This document shows, one piece after another, positions 21,001 to 33,092 of a stretch of 64,000 nt of DNA (within the stretch, counting starts at the first letter, position 1; each line of letters starts with the position of its first letter). Both the position numbers and the translations under genes were made by a program. A model generated the notes under the pieces. It saw nothing but the letters and a program-made list of their open reading frames with translations. It ran no database searches and was not told the DNA's origin. Location: positions 1 to 64,000 of the IMG/VR virus record IMGVR_UViG_3300029705_000100. One strand, 5' to 3'. This DNA is from a virus. Taxonomy: Duplodnaviria; Caudoviricetes.

Positions 21001-21190
21001 ATAATATCAATGACATTTTCCTGAGAAGAACTTTGTTGATATTATTCCGATAATGAGATATACTATTACCAAGAAAAGTAACCAGATTGCACAACACCAT
21101 TCATGACAACACCCCAATGCCATCTTCACGGAAGGCAAACTGTCAGCGATCTTACTCTACGTTGCGCTGATTTATAATAGGAGAAACACC

Positions 21191-22414
21191 ATGTTCAATA
21201 ACAACGAACATTATACATTGATTGATCCGAGGCTGATCAAGGGAATCGAGAAAGTTCAAAAACTAGCTTTATGGAACAGAAGAAACATGATAGAACAAAA
21301 TTCCTACATCGAAACCGCAAAAAGAATTGCAGAAGTTCAGCTTCAGATAGAATCCGGTGTATCGCTTGAAGAGACAGTTTTTCAAGATTTTTATTCCAGA
21401 CTGTGTTATAGAATGTACTATTGTGAATATAGTTTGCATGTCTACAAGCACGTTAATTCTTATGTGCTTATAGATCCATTGGTAGAACGCTTACTCCTTG
21501 TATTGGCTGCTATTGAAGCCGATGTGTGTATTCCTGTATGTATTGAAAGTGATTATCTTCATCGGAAACTGGATTCTGATGTGTTAGAGTATAAAAGGGA
21601 AGTGAAAAGGAAAAATAGTAATCTTTGGATAAGAACAAACCAAATTATGAAAGATATTAATACAATTCTGTGCAATATAAGCGTTACCAATAATTTGGAA
21701 TATGACCAGCATGGTAATTGTTGTAGATTGGATGAGGATATAAAATGTCAGATTGCGCATGTATATCATGAAAAACTAATGGAGTTTGATGATAGCGCCA
21801 ATTTTTACTCCATAGTACAAGAAAGAATACACGGGATAAGAAAACGTGGAACCAAATATTCTATACTCGTTAACTGGAAAAAAGATCCTTACACAAATTC
21901 AAGTTTAGACGGAGCAGTTAAAGGAACACGAAGAATGGAAGTGATAAAAAAGGGCACCTGCATTGATCGCATTGGTAATGCTCATGGTAGCTATTTTTGT
22001 CCTCTTGATTCAAACGGAATCCCTTTTCCTTTGAGACAGAGGGCTATAGGAGCAGTGTTAAAAAACGAAGATTTTCTAGAAGAAAACTCCTGTTATCATA
22101 GATATTTACTCCTAAAGGATTTTACGAGACAGAATTTTCAAATTGCTATTAAAGAGTCTCCATACAATGAGGTAGCAAAGCAGGTTTTATTTTGCAAATT
22201 AGATGCTTATTATTGGGATGTTGCCTCCACCGATAATAAATGTGATCATCCAGGCGAAGCCTACGGCGATCAATATAGTGATGGAATCAAAATAGGAATA
22301 ATTGACAATATGTTTTTTGATGATGATGGAGGGGCAATCCAATATATTACTCCATTTTCAGCTAAGCAGCTAGAAATTATGTACATGATTAAAGAAATCG
22401 AATATTACGTATGA
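21191..22414 (+). CDS. Protein with C-terminal TNT (DUF4237)-like NAD+ glycohydrolase domain
   Basis: IDRIGNAHGSYFCP...PFPLRQRAI...YHRY...DGGAIQY pattern; ATAGGAG RBS. Confidence 0.6.
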   Translation: MFNNNEHYTLIDPRLIKGIEKVQKLALWNRRNMIEQNSYIETAKRIAEVQLQIESGVSLEETVFQDFYSRLCYRMYYCEYSLHVYKHVNSYVLIDPLVERLLLVLAAIEADVCIPVCIESDYLHRKLDSDVLEYKREVKRKNSNLWIRTNQIMKDINTILCNISVTNNLEYDQHGNCCRLDEDIKCQIAHVYHEKLMEFDDSANFYSIVQERIHGIRKRGTKYSILVNWKKDPYTNSSLDGAVKGTRRMEVIKKGTCIDRIGNAHGSYFCPLDSNGIPFPLRQRAIGAVLKNEDFLEENSCYHRYLLLKDFTRQNFQIAIKESPYNEVAKQVLFCKLDAYYWDVASTDNKCDHPGEAYGDQYSDGIKIGIIDNMFFDDDGGAIQYITPFSAKQLEIMYMIKEIEYYV

Positions 22415-22426
22415 AATAAACAATAC

Positions 22427-22465
22427 CCCCAACTCATTTTGGGAATATTCCAAAGAGAGTTGGGG
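22427..22465. terminator. Hairpin between convergent TNT-like and DNA polymerase genes
   Basis: CCCCAACTC...GAGTTGGGG inverted repeat. Confidence 0.55.
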
Positions 22466-22527
22466 CGTTATCAACGTGATTTATACGGTAGGTATATGAA
22501 CAATCACACATGTAGACTTTTAGAAGA

Positions 22528-25500
22528 TCAGGACAGAATAGTGTATTCCTGCAGCCAGAGTTCTTGTTGGCCGGAAATGGGTTTGGGCTTACCAGTAGAG
22601 AAGGAATAGGCAGGACGGCGAAGCCAATCTTTGACAAGAATGATATTGCCTTCGGTCTATGGCTGTTCCTGATACTATAGCTTTTTTACCTTCATCACGC
22701 CAACGTTGCCCGTTGCGACGCTGTACAGCCGCAGCTTCGGGCTGTAGCGGTCATCGACTTCAAGAACCACATATACCGCCCGCTCACTTTCACAGACGGT
22801 CAGAGGCGTGCCTATATGTTCTGCCTCAAAGCGGAGGCAATCAGCCAGCGGAAGCTCCTCTTCAGGGCTGTTCTGCTCCAGCTGCCGAAGGATGGCAAGG
22901 TGCCTCTCCTGTGAGGGCTTCACATGGGTCTTGGAAAAACGGGATTCACCCTCGAGAAACTGCTTGTACACGTTCAACAGCTTCCCGGGCGTACCAAACT
23001 CACGGAAGTAGTCAAAGCGGATCAGAATATCGATTGCGCGGGAGTCAAAAGCGGGATTCATGGTCATATCATACAGCAGGTCGGTGAAACAGGCATACTG
23101 ATTATTCCGCATGCGGTAGAGGGCCTGAGCTACGCGCTTTCCGATATGCTTGATGGAGGTTAGGGCATCGGAGATGGTGTTGGCGTCATGATCGAGGTAA
23201 TAATCCCGATTGTCCTGACGGAATCGACAGGGTGCGACACGAATTCCGAATGCACGTTTCATCTCGGCTTTGACCTGCGCAATGCGATCCTTGTCGCCCT
23301 TGTCGGCATAGCCGGAGAGGAGAGTTGTGTAGTATTCCTACGGGTGATGCGCTTTCAGCCATGCGCCATAGAGGGAATCAAGAGCGACGCAGACAGCGTG
23401 CGAGGCGTTGAACAAATATGCCGTGGCATCGTTAATGATTGTCCAAACCCTTTCTGCGGCATCGGCATCACCGGTGTATGAAGTGAATCCAAGCAAAAAC
23501 TGTTCCTTCAGCTTCAGAACCTTTTCAGCTTTCTTTTTGGAAATAGCTTTGATTGCTGAGTATGCTTCGGGTGCTGTAAAACCGGAGACCTGCAGTGTCT
23601 TCATGATTTGTTCCTGATACAGAATGAAGCTGGAGGTCATATCTCTTGTCTGGATTAGCTTATCGAAGGCAGGAATACCATAGTCGAAGTGTCTCCGATC
23701 CAGAAATGTGGGTAGCATGGACTTGAAGGCCGGACGGACTGCTGCGACAAAGGCTGCAAGCTCCGTGATGTTCTTCGGCTTGTACCGCATGACCTTTTCG
23801 CGGGTCTTTTCCTGCTCTACCTGATTGAGCCCCATTGTGTAGCCTTCGGCATACATGCGCCAGGTGTCGCGATCACCGCGTGTCATATCCAACAGTTCGT
23901 TGACATTGGGCTGTACCATGCCAATCCGTTGAAAGGCTTGTTGGTTTGTGCGGCATACTTCCACCAACTATATGTCATTTTTCAGATATCCATACTGTTC
24001 GGATGTTGCGCCGTCGATGAAAGCAGCGAATACCGGCTGCTTTTTTCCTGTCTTGCTGTTGATACGTATGACGCCGATCTCGCGGCGGATATCTTCAATG
24101 CAGAGAAGATAAGCGCAAGGATGGGGAGAGATGGAGTCGATCATGCCCATGTAGCGCTCGCTGGCAGCGATCAGATCGCGGAACTGATCGGGAACGAAGT
24201 CAGCCAGATCGACTTCTTCACCTTCATCCGCATACCTGACAGCAGTTTCATAGGCTTTCAGCTGATTACCTATCTCATTGGCTGTCTCAAAGGGAATGTT
24301 CGCAGCTCGGCAGTACATTTTCCATGCGGAAAGGCGTTTCAGCGTACCGAATGCGACCATAGGCGCCGCATGCCATTCACCAAGGACTTCCAACTGTGCC
24401 TGTTCAAATGCTTCACGGTTGGCAACGTTCATATCGATGTCAGGAAGAGAGCCGGACAGGATACGGTCGGCAGAAATAAAGCGATCGGGGAACATTTCTA
24501 CCGGTATGGCAAAACGGTCGATGGACGACAAGCCCAAAAGCGAATTGGTGTAGTAGCTGGGTGCGCTGCCTCTGCCGGTCTTGGTGATGACGCCGCCTTT
24601 TTCAACAGCACGGCGCACAATTTCATGGTCAAGCAGGAAGTAATCGCTCATGCCGGTAGAGGTGACGGTATCAGCCTCATAGCGAAGTCCATCCATGCGG
24701 ATTGCTTTTTCTTCATCAGACATGCCTGCGGTCTGACGTTCAAACTCGCGGAGAATCAGTTCCATATACTTCAGATTCCGCTGTTCCTGTGTCAGATTCG
24801 GAAAGATCGTCGGGAGCTTCTTGCTCTTGTCGAACACGATATCCTCGAAGGTCAGAAAAACATTGGTATTTTCTATAGCTTCGCGGATCTGGGCATCGGA
24901 GAGCACCCCCTGCTCCTGAAAGCGCCGGAAAGCTTCGGCTCCGGAAGGATAATCCATATACCAGCCGCCTTCATCCTCATAGCGGATGTGATTTGCTTCC
25001 AGTCTGTGCTCGCGCAGCGCAGCGTCTTCCGGATAGATGAAATGGCTGTCCGTTCCCATGATCAGGGGGATGCCATGTGCTCGGTATAGCTTCAGAAGGA
25101 AGCGGTTGAGCTCCTTTTGCTTGTCGGTGTCGTGGTACTGCACCTCCAGCATGAAGCTGTCGCGGAAGTGTGCTGCTATGCGCAGGATCAGGCGCGTTGC
25201 CTCCTCTTCGCCATACTTGAACACGCCGGCGATGCAGGCAGTGGTGACGAATACATCCTTGGGGTCCAGAGAAAGCAGCAGCTCCAGATCAATGCGCGGA
25301 CGATAGTAATAGCCGGAGATGTTGGCTTCGGATAGGATGAAGTTCAGATCACCAACGCCTTTCCGGGTCTTTGCAGCCAGAATGATATGGCAGTTGGTGT
25401 TATCCTTCTCATGCCTGTCTTTGACGATATACGCTTCGGTCACATAACGCCAGCGTAGATTGTACTTTTCTGCAAGAGAGGCACACTGGTGATACGCGCC

Positions 25501-25704
25501 CTGATTACCGTGTTCGCAGGAGGACAAAACGGAATACCCGAGCTCGACAGCGCGGCGGGCATAGTCTTCGTTGGTGGCCACGCTGTCGGTGAGCAGGATA
25601 TTGCTGACACAGGAGTGCCGGTGATAGCAGACATAGGGAATGTCCGGCGCGGCGTCGGTTGTCGGCGCCGCGCGTGGAACATCCTATACGGGAGCAGTGG
25701 TCAT
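22528..25704 (-). CDS. dnaE: DNA polymerase III alpha-like (family C) polymerase (5 in-frame TAG)
   Basis: PHP domain, GRGSA, LPDIDMN, SPHPCA, ILYQEQ, YLFNASHA; TAG at 25684-6, 23968-70, 23338-40, 22675-7, 22657-9 joins three track ORFs in one frame. Confidence 0.93.
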
Positions 25705-26483
25705 GCAGGTGTGCTCCTTTCCTTGGTGTGGATGATCTCCTGTCCGATAGGGCAGTGATCACGGGTAGAGCAGATGAATTTGCAGAAGTAGTCCGAGGAT
25801 GATACCAGCCAGTCTTTGTCTGCGCGGATACCATCAATAGTCCGCTCAACCCAGTCCATTGTTTCATTATATCGTTCCATGGAGAAAGGCTCGTCCACGA
25901 ATTTTCTGTAGCGGAACATATTGAACTGCAGCATGGAAGGGTATTCGCCATAGCGATCCTTCACATAAGCGGCATAGGTGTAGAGCTGCCGGGTATTCTC
26001 AAACAGCTTCTTCTTCAGCGACTGCATGGACTTCGATTTGTGATCGATGACGGTGATCAGTCCGGTGTTATGATCACGCAGGATCAAGTCGGCAATACCG
26101 ACAAAACGGTTGCCGCGAATATCCAATTCAAACTTATCTTCGACAGACAGAATATCGTAGTGATCTCCAAAGCCATCGAAGGATTTGAAGTAGTGCAGGC
26201 CTTCTTCATAATACTTACCGGCAAGCCCGCGGGGAAACGGCGGAAAGTATTCCCTGACGGCTTCATCGTACTCAGCGGTATAGACGTCGGCCAGTTCAAA
26301 GGACATCAGTTCGTCCTTCGCCCAGCGTTCAAGGATGCTGTGGCAATGGGTCCCGTAGGAGGCGTAGGCGTTCTGAATCTGCGGCAGTTTGTCGATGTAC
26401 TGCAGCTTGAAGGCCAGAGGACATTGATCATAGAGGGCCTACTTGCTGAACGACCATTTCATGTCATCGGGAATGAGGCACAT
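25701..26483 (-). CDS. PD-(D/E)XK RecB/Cas4-like exonuclease (TAG at codon 15)
   Basis: WSFSK*ALYDQCP...YGTHCH...GIADL...IDHKS...QLYTY; TAG at 26439-26441. Confidence 0.85.
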
Positions 26484-26994
26484 GATGCTGCTCCTTTGCG
26501 TTCATATCATTGTGGGGAGGATCGTTTGCATCCAACTCTTCCAAACGAAGTTCAAGGTCAGCAGCCAGAGCCTTACGCAGGGACTCAGGATAGGACGGAA
26601 ACATAGCGTTGATGAAGCGCTGCTCATCCCCCTCAAACACTACGCCGCCATGGTCGGAATGGTGCTGAACGACGCTCTCCAGATGGGCAGCGCACAGCAG
26701 AATGCCAAAACACTTCTCACGCACAGCTGCAGCACAGCCCGGATTCAAAGTTTTGCCCTTCATCTCGCAATCGGCGAGGTGAGCAGGATACCTGTTCAGC
26801 TTGCTGCTGCCCGTGCGCTTCAGATAATCGAGCGCGCGTGCAATAATCTCCCGGGATTGCATGATGCGGTGATAGTGCTCGTCGAGGAGCTTGATTGCAG
26901 TTTCCTCGTCCATAAGAATGATAATTTCTGTGTTCATAGTGCCTCCATAGTCGTGGTCAGAAGGGCTGCGTACTCTCAGCCATGCGGATTGCAT
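26464..26994 (-). CDS. Hypothetical protein
   Basis: Operonic ORF; start probably at MNTEII. Confidence 0.55.
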   Translation of the reverse strand: MQSAWLRVRSPSDHDYGGTMNTEIIILMDEETAIKLLDEHYHRIMQSREIIARALDYLKRTGSSKLNRYPAHLADCEMKGKTLNPGCAAAVREKCFGILLCAAHLESVVQHHSDHGGVVFEGDEQRFINAMFPSYPESLRKALAADLELRLEELDANDPPHNDMNAKEQHHVPHSR

Positions 26995-28753
26995 ACTCCG
27001 GAAGGCTGTCAGCGCGTGGATTGGGCGGTATGATGCCGTTTTTGTCCCATGAGAAGCGGTTGAGATCGCCCTTGTCCGCCTGATAGATTCGTCGGCTGTC
27101 TGGACAGTAGCAGCATTCGATGATTCTGCGTACGCCGCCTTCGCGATTCTTGATGATTCTGAGGTTCGGCTGTTCGACGACGATGGCGCTGTCGGCCAGT
27201 CTCACGGTGGCGGAGCTTCCGCCGATGTCGTCCTGTCCGAGGGTTTCGCCGGTTTTGACCTTGCGAGGATGGGCAACCAGAATCACATGGACGTGATACT
27301 GATTGGCAAAACGCTTGAGGGCGTTCGCGAATTTGCCCTGCGCTTTGGTCTCTTCGTCGCTGTCGCTGAGCGCAGTCATGAGATTGTCGGCCAGAAACAG
27401 CTTGCAGCCATAGCGTCGGGCTGCGGTGACGAATACCTTCAGAATGGCTTCGGACTGATTGGACTCGAACAGCTCGGTATTGTCGTAGAGGTAGAAGTGG
27501 TCGCGGTAATACTCGGACTACCGCTGCTGAACCAGCGGAGAAATACATGGCACGCGCATACCACGCACAGTATCGTATTTCAGTCCGATGTAGTCAGAAC
27601 CTGCTGCTTGCAGGTTGATCCAGTCCAGAAAGCGCTCTTTGGTGAGTTCGCCGGAGTATGCGCAGACGGAATATCCCTGTTCAATGGCATTAAGCAGCAG
27701 CTGACCAGTGAGCGTTGACTTACCGCTTCCTGCACGTCCAGTAAATACAGTGATCGCGCCTTCTGCCAAGCCGCCGATGGTCTCGTCCAACGCTGGGATC
27801 ATAGTTTTGATGCGTGGGATGGTGGTCGGGTCATAGGGCATGACGTCCGCCAATTGCAGAAGTCCCTTGACCGGAACCGGCTGGGCACCGTTGAGAGCGT
27901 CAAGCAGAGTATCTTTTCCGTGAAAGAAAAGGATTTCGTTAGCATCTTTGCAGGGCTTACCGTCCGGCCTGTCCGGATAGTCTTCAACGATCATGCAGCG
28001 GGATTCGTCCAGCCTGCGAACCACCTCGCGAATCATCTTTCTGCCCGGTTCATCGTTGTCGCCGAACAGGATAATGGACTGAAAGCGTTCCAGCCAATTC
28101 CAGCAATGATCGATCCAATCGAGATTGCTGCAGCCAGAGGGGACGGAGACCACATTACGGGCTCCGGCCTCATACAGAGAAAGGGCGTCGATCATGCCCT
28201 CGGTGATAATCTATGGCTGCGAGAAGGAGCACATATCCATGCCGAACAGGATTGGTCGGCTGCCGGGATACTGCCATTCCTTACGCTCCTTACCCTGCGG
28301 CTTTCGAGGAGCGCGGAATTTGACGTAGATAAGCTCGCCATCCTTGTAGAATGGAAAGATAATGCTTCCGTCAGTTGCCGTCGAGACAGAGAAGGCGTTC
28401 AGTGTCTCGGCTCTGATCTTTCTGGAGGAAAAGTAGCGGATAATGGTATCGGTAAGCGGCAGCTGCTGTACATCAGGCAGAACAAACTGCTTTTTTGCTC
28501 TGGCGGCGGGACGGATCAGATCCGCCCGCTCGCCAAAACGTTCAGAAAGTTCCTCAAATCGGCCGCGTACACCACAGGTGCCGCGTTTGCACACATAGAC
28601 GCCTTCGGTCAGGTTGAGTGCAAAAGTGTACTTGTCTCCGCTCTCGCCGCCATGACAGATAGGGCAGTGCTCAGGAATCAGCTCGTCGCCTCGGACGGTA
28701 TATGGTTCCAGATGGCGTCTGGCAAACTCCAGAATATGCTGTGAAATTTCCAT
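26957..28753 (-). CDS. T7 gp4/Twinkle-like primase-helicase (2 in-frame TAG)
   Basis: Zn finger CPIC, Toprim P*IITEGMIDAL, GRAGSGKS, DNLM, VAHPRK; TAG at 28211-3 and 27518-20. Confidence 0.92.
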
Positions 28754-28766
28754 ATCAAACCTCCCA

Positions 28767-29288
28767 TCATACAGCGAAATACAGAGAGGCCTTCACCCTC
28801 ACGCTTTTCAGCAGGCGTGACATCTGTGCTTCCCCGGCGACGCCAACAAAAGGTATGATCTCACGGCTGCTGTAGCCATGCTGCTTCATTCGGCAGACGA
28901 TCAATTCCTTTTCGTTGAGCGTACTTTCAAATTCCCGAAGACTCAGTTCATTATCTGCCTCACAGGATAGGCGATCGTCGGATTGAATGGCGGCGTCCTC
29001 GTAATCGACACGCTGAATCTTCTTGATCTCGTTGCCGTAGCAGTATTTCGGAATCTTGACCAGAGACATGCTGCGGCACAGATCGCATAATGCGCCATGA
29101 ATTGCGAATCTGCAGTGCGTGACGGTAGATTCATCGGGGATCTTCCGGAGGTGATTCAAGAAAACAAGTCTCGCCTCCTGCAGAAGATCATCCAAATCCA
29201 AACAGTCATGCGCGTGATGTGATGTGAAATCACGCACCTGATGTTGAATGAACGGTTCATACTGAAAGAGAAATTCGGATTCTTGCAT
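28767..29288 (-). CDS. Sigma-70-family (regions 2/4) phage sigma factor
   Basis: DLDDLLQEARLVF and C-terminal HTH GYSSREI. Confidence 0.7.
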   Translation of the reverse strand: MQESEFLFQYEPFIQHQVRDFTSHHAHDCLDLDDLLQEARLVFLNHLRKIPDESTVTHCRFAIHGALCDLCRSMSLVKIPKYCYGNEIKKIQRVDYEDAAIQSDDRLSCEADNELSLREFESTLNEKELIVCRMKQHGYSSREIIPFVGVAGEAQMSRLLKSVRVKASLYFAV

Positions 29289-29338
29289 GGGAGTCTACTT
29301 CATTACTGCCTCCTGATTTTTCCGGATATGGGCGTCCG

Positions 29339-29713
29339 TCAGATAGGCAGCTCGTCGTCGGACGAATGCGAAGCAGCAGCGGGCGTCATACTGTTCTTGC
29401 GGCTCGGAAATTCCACATGGTTGGCGCTGATCTGGACAGAAACGCGGTTCTGTCCCTCGCGGTCTACATAGTTCCGCAGAGAAAGATCGCCATGGACCGT
29501 GACCTGATCTCCCTTATGGAGGTACTGCGCAACGTTCTCTGCCAGACGACGCCAGACGGTGACGCGGTAGAAAATGGGGATGTAATTGCCGCTTGCGTCT
29601 TTAGCCTTCGTATCGGATGCCAGAGTGAACGTGGTGCAGGGCGCATCGTTAATCGTGGAAAGGGTGGGGTCGGCGGTCAGACGGCCGGCGACAACAATCA
29701 GATTCTAACTCAT
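29339..29713 (-). CDS. ssb: Single-stranded DNA-binding protein (TAG at codon 3); absent from ORF track
   Basis: MS*NLIVVAGRLTADP...VTVWRRLAENVAQYLHKGDQVTVHG...DDELPI; TAG at 29705-29707. Confidence 0.92.
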
Positions 29714-29716
29714 GCG

Positions 29717-30727
29717 TTAATCCTCCATATCATCATTGGGCGTGCGATCGGGCACGTCCTTGAAACAGTCGTAAATTCTGCGCAGGGTAGCTTCATCGGT
29801 TACAGCGCGGTAATTGGCGGTACCGCCGGTAATCTGCTTGATCTGCGCGGCAACAACTTCCTTGTCCTCTTTGCTCAGTCCGGCGCAGTACCTCTGCATA
29901 GTCTCCTCAACCAACGCAGTCAGCGGTACCTCTTCGTGGACAGGAGTAGGAGTGGATGCAGCAATGGGGGCGGGCACCTTCGGTTTTGCACCGGCCAGCC
30001 ACTCATGGATGCGAGCGCCGGTATCGGGGGCGATCAGGAAATACTGCCCGTCGAACAGGCCGGTACGATCCTTGGTGGCAGCTGCCGCGTGCGACTGATC
30101 CAGTTCAAAGAAAATGGTGAATTCGTATTCCACGCCATCGCGGAACACGGGCGCCATGCCAATCTTCCGGGGCGTTTTCTTGCCGCTGCCATTATCCTCA
30201 ATGACATACTCGGTCTTGGTTCTGAGCGTGACGGCGACGTGCATTGCACACTGCAGGATACGGTCAACGAGACGATTGTGAAGGGGAGTGACTTCTCGCC
30301 AAGCGGTATAGGAGTTGCCGCTGCGCTTTGCAACATTGCCCTGAACGTCCAGCAGACCGCCTTCACCGGTCCATGCATGGGACAGCGAGTCGATGACCAG
30401 ATACTCAACGCCTGCCTGCTCGGCCAGATCAATCGCTTCAAGATAGCGGGCTGCGCTGTAAGGCGCTTCCAGATTGATGGTCAGGTATTCGCCGACGAGC
30501 GTACTGCCGACCTGCTTTCCGACATACAGAGAACCGGATTCATTCTCCGTATCAATCAGGCAGATCTTCTCCCAGATTTGAGCGTCGGAGAGCTCCGGGT
30601 GTGCGGTTCGCACCTATCCGAAGCCGAGAAGCAGAGAACTGAGCGTTTTGCCGGAACCGGACGATCCTGCAAGGCCAATCTTCTACTTTGCCAGCGAACG
30701 CTGGGCTTTTCTGATTTGGATAGCCAT
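29717..30727 (-). CDS. Sak4-like AAA ATPase/annealase (2 in-frame TAG)
   Basis: MAIQIRKAQRSLAK*KIGLAGSSGSGKT...GFG*VR...IDTE...VIDSLSHAW; TAG at 30683-5 and 30614-6. Confidence 0.88.
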
Positions 30728-30937
30728 GAAACATTCCTCCGTTATGAATAGTAGAGCTGCTGTTGATCCAGTGCCCTCTATACTGTAAGGGGCACATATT
30801 TGGAAGAAACTTACACAATATGTGAGTTTTCTTGCCGGAAAGCAGCATGCGCGTATTATATCAGATTGTAATATGCTGAACAATGACCCTTTTTCGGACA
30901 GGGAATAGACGAGAACGGACCATTTAGCTGTAAAGTA

Positions 30938-31855
30938 TCACTCATCAAAGAGGTAGGCATACCCCATACTGTTGACTACCTGTTGACGCTCTTCGTGGTT
31001 TGAATGCAGATATGTGTTAGTGATTGTGACGCTTGTATGTCCGGCGAGATCACGAGATACTGCTGCACCGCCAATAGGATTTCGGTCTATATCCGAGGTA
31101 AATGTATGGCGAAATCTGTGAATGCCGCTGGGAATGCCTACACTATGTTGCTTGGACTGAAGGCTTTTCCACAGGGATACTCGGTTCATCCGATTACCTT
31201 TTTGAGAAACGAAAAGCGGTTCGTTGGGGTCGCATTTTCCACGGAGCCAGAGGTATCGGTCGATATATGGCCAGACGAAGGACGCGACCTCGACGTTTGA
31301 CCAACTGCCGCCCTTGCGCTTGCATCTGATTTGTCCATTTCGGATGTTAACGGCATCTACTACGTTGAGACTGCATAGTTCGGATGCTCGAAGGCCGCTG
31401 CCAAGCATAAGAGCGACTATAGCTGCGTCTCTGGTGTTATTGCGAGCATTGTCTGATACAGACAGCAGTTCCAGCAGTGCTTTTAATTGGTTAGAAGAGT
31501 ATTCTTTCTCTTCGCCTTCATCTGCTTTCTTCTTTTCTTTGATACAATGAAGCGCACGCGTTGGATCATCCGAGATTACACCTGCACTCAAAAGAAAACG
31601 GAAGAAATTTTTGAGGACAACAATGTAGTTGTTACGGGTCGCTGTCTTCAAACTGCGCTTGTACAGTTCCTGATAGTATTCAACCATTATTAGGCCGTTG
31701 ATCATCTGTACGTCAGAATAGTTCAGCGATAGATGATACTTTTCATCCAGCCAATTATCGAAACGGTGCAGTATTTCACCATAATGACTAGTGGTTGTAG
31801 TGGCCTTTTCTTCTGCTGAAAGATGATTGATGAACAGATCAATGAGTTGTGCCAT
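30938..31855 (-). CDS. Second tyrosine recombinase (XerC/D-like)
   Basis: GSGLRASEL, KRKG, IHRFRHTF, LAGH...Y. Confidence 0.88.
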   Translation of the reverse strand: MAQLIDLFINHLSAEEKATTTTSHYGEILHRFDNWLDEKYHLSLNYSDVQMINGLIMVEYYQELYKRSLKTATRNNYIVVLKNFFRFLLSAGVISDDPTRALHCIKEKKKADEGEEKEYSSNQLKALLELLSVSDNARNNTRDAAIVALMLGSGLRASELCSLNVVDAVNIRNGQIRCKRKGGSWSNVEVASFVWPYIDRYLWLRGKCDPNEPLFVSQKGNRMNRVSLWKSLQSKQHSVGIPSGIHRFRHTFTSDIDRNPIGGAAVSRDLAGHTSVTITNTYLHSNHEERQQVVNSMGYAYLFDE

Positions 31856-31883
31856 TTGTTATCGCCTCTCTGATTTAGTCAAG

Positions 31884-32000
31884 TTACTATACAGTCTCCT
31901 TCTTCTGAGATTCGCTGTTTCCATTGCAATCGCAACGTTCGCCAGGATCCAGATTTGCTCCGCAAAATGGGCAGGTGTAGTAATATTTCGTTCGTTGCAT
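31884..32000 (-). CDS. Small zinc-finger protein ending TAG-TAA
   Basis: MQRTKYYYTCPFCGANLDPGERCDC... Confidence 0.6.
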
Positions 32001-32005
32001 TTTGC

Positions 32006-32338
32006 TTAATCCTCCTGATTAGAGATCGCCAGATGACTACGGCGCTGAAGATCATGAATGTATTGAAGAAGATCAGTCGCTCCCTGTTTATATGCTTCGA
32101 GGGCTAAATCGGAAAAATAAGTATGAGATAGGGCGATAAGTTCACTAACGACTTCTTCGATCGCGGGAGAGGAGTTTTCAAGTGAATCAAGAAAACTGTG
32201 GTACTCCTCGTAGTGTTTTCTATAGTAGGGATATTGATCGAGATTATGTTCAACTTCCATTTGGAGTTGCTCGAAGCGATTACCCCATACGTCATCGAGT
32301 GCGAGAAATTGATCCAGCGGCATAAGATAGTGTTTCAT
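32006..32338 (-). CDS. Hypothetical protein
   Basis: MKHYLMP start with AAAGGAG RBS. Confidence 0.6.
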   Translation of the reverse strand: MKHYLMPLDQFLALDDVWGNRFEQLQMEVEHNLDQYPYYRKHYEEYHSFLDSLENSSPAIEEVVSELIALSHTYFSDLALEAYKQGATDLLQYIHDLQRRSHLAISNQED

Positions 32339-32351
32339 ATTGCAAGCTCCT

Positions 32352-32966
32352 TTAGTGTTCAGTAAATACAACAGCCTCGCCAGGCTGCAGATCCCAACAG
32401 GACATACCGGTTGCGACGCAGTTACCGCAATAGGAAGGACACTCCCGGGCATGATCAGGAAGATTGCTGTTCTCTTTAAGGAATCGGATATATGCAATGG
32501 GCAGATTATGAGGATTGTCGGGCAGGAAGATGCCCCACGCGCTGAGAACGATGGTCAGATTTGCCGGGAACATGCCATTGGCATCAAGCCATTCGTTGAC
32601 AAGTTCATACTTCTTCGTGAAGGCCAGAAAGCGGGTGCTCGGCTTGTCTTTAGCAACGCGCACCATCATATCCAGATAGGCAGCATTCGGAATGTCTCCG
32701 GCAGAGTGCCAGCGGAAGTAACCATGGAAGAAGGCGGCAATGCCTACCTCGTATTCATACTGCTCGGGATTTGCCAACCACATCTCCAGATTGTTCTGCA
32801 GGTGCGCCTTGTTCTGCTGGAAGCAGAAGCGCCCGCGTCGCGCGTAGCACTTTTTGAAACATGGAGCGTCCGGGCGACAAGTACCACCGACTGGAAGACT
32901 GACAGAGGGAATATCCACGCCCAGCTTCGAGACGTGATAAGAAATATGTACATGATCAGGGGTCAT
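32352..32966 (-). CDS. Phage Gp88-like protein
   Basis: SVSLPVGGTC...CFKKCYA, FRWHSAGD, FTKKY, CGNC. Confidence 0.7.
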   Translation of the reverse strand: MTPDHVHISYHVSKLGVDIPSVSLPVGGTCRPDAPCFKKCYARRGRFCFQQNKAHLQNNLEMWLANPEQYEYEVGIAAFFHGYFRWHSAGDIPNAAYLDMMVRVAKDKPSTRFLAFTKKYELVNEWLDANGMFPANLTIVLSAWGIFLPDNPHNLPIAYIRFLKENSNLPDHARECPSYCGNCVATGMSCWDLQPGEAVVFTEH

Positions 32967-33092
32967 GAGAGCCTCCTTTTTCCATTGAAAAAAGAGCAGC
33001 CTCATGCTATAATGAAGCTGCTCTCTTATGGGGTTGGCTAATGTAGCCGGGAGCGTATGGCTGAACGAAGTTCGTACCTTCGTTCAGCCTTT

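Noticed and set aside
29366-30751. Long antisense ORFs in the track (e.g. 29366-30751, 42833-43831, 45657-47162, 47443-48483, 57883-58944)
   Set aside because: Shadows of GC3-rich genes on the opposite strand; no motifs or RBS
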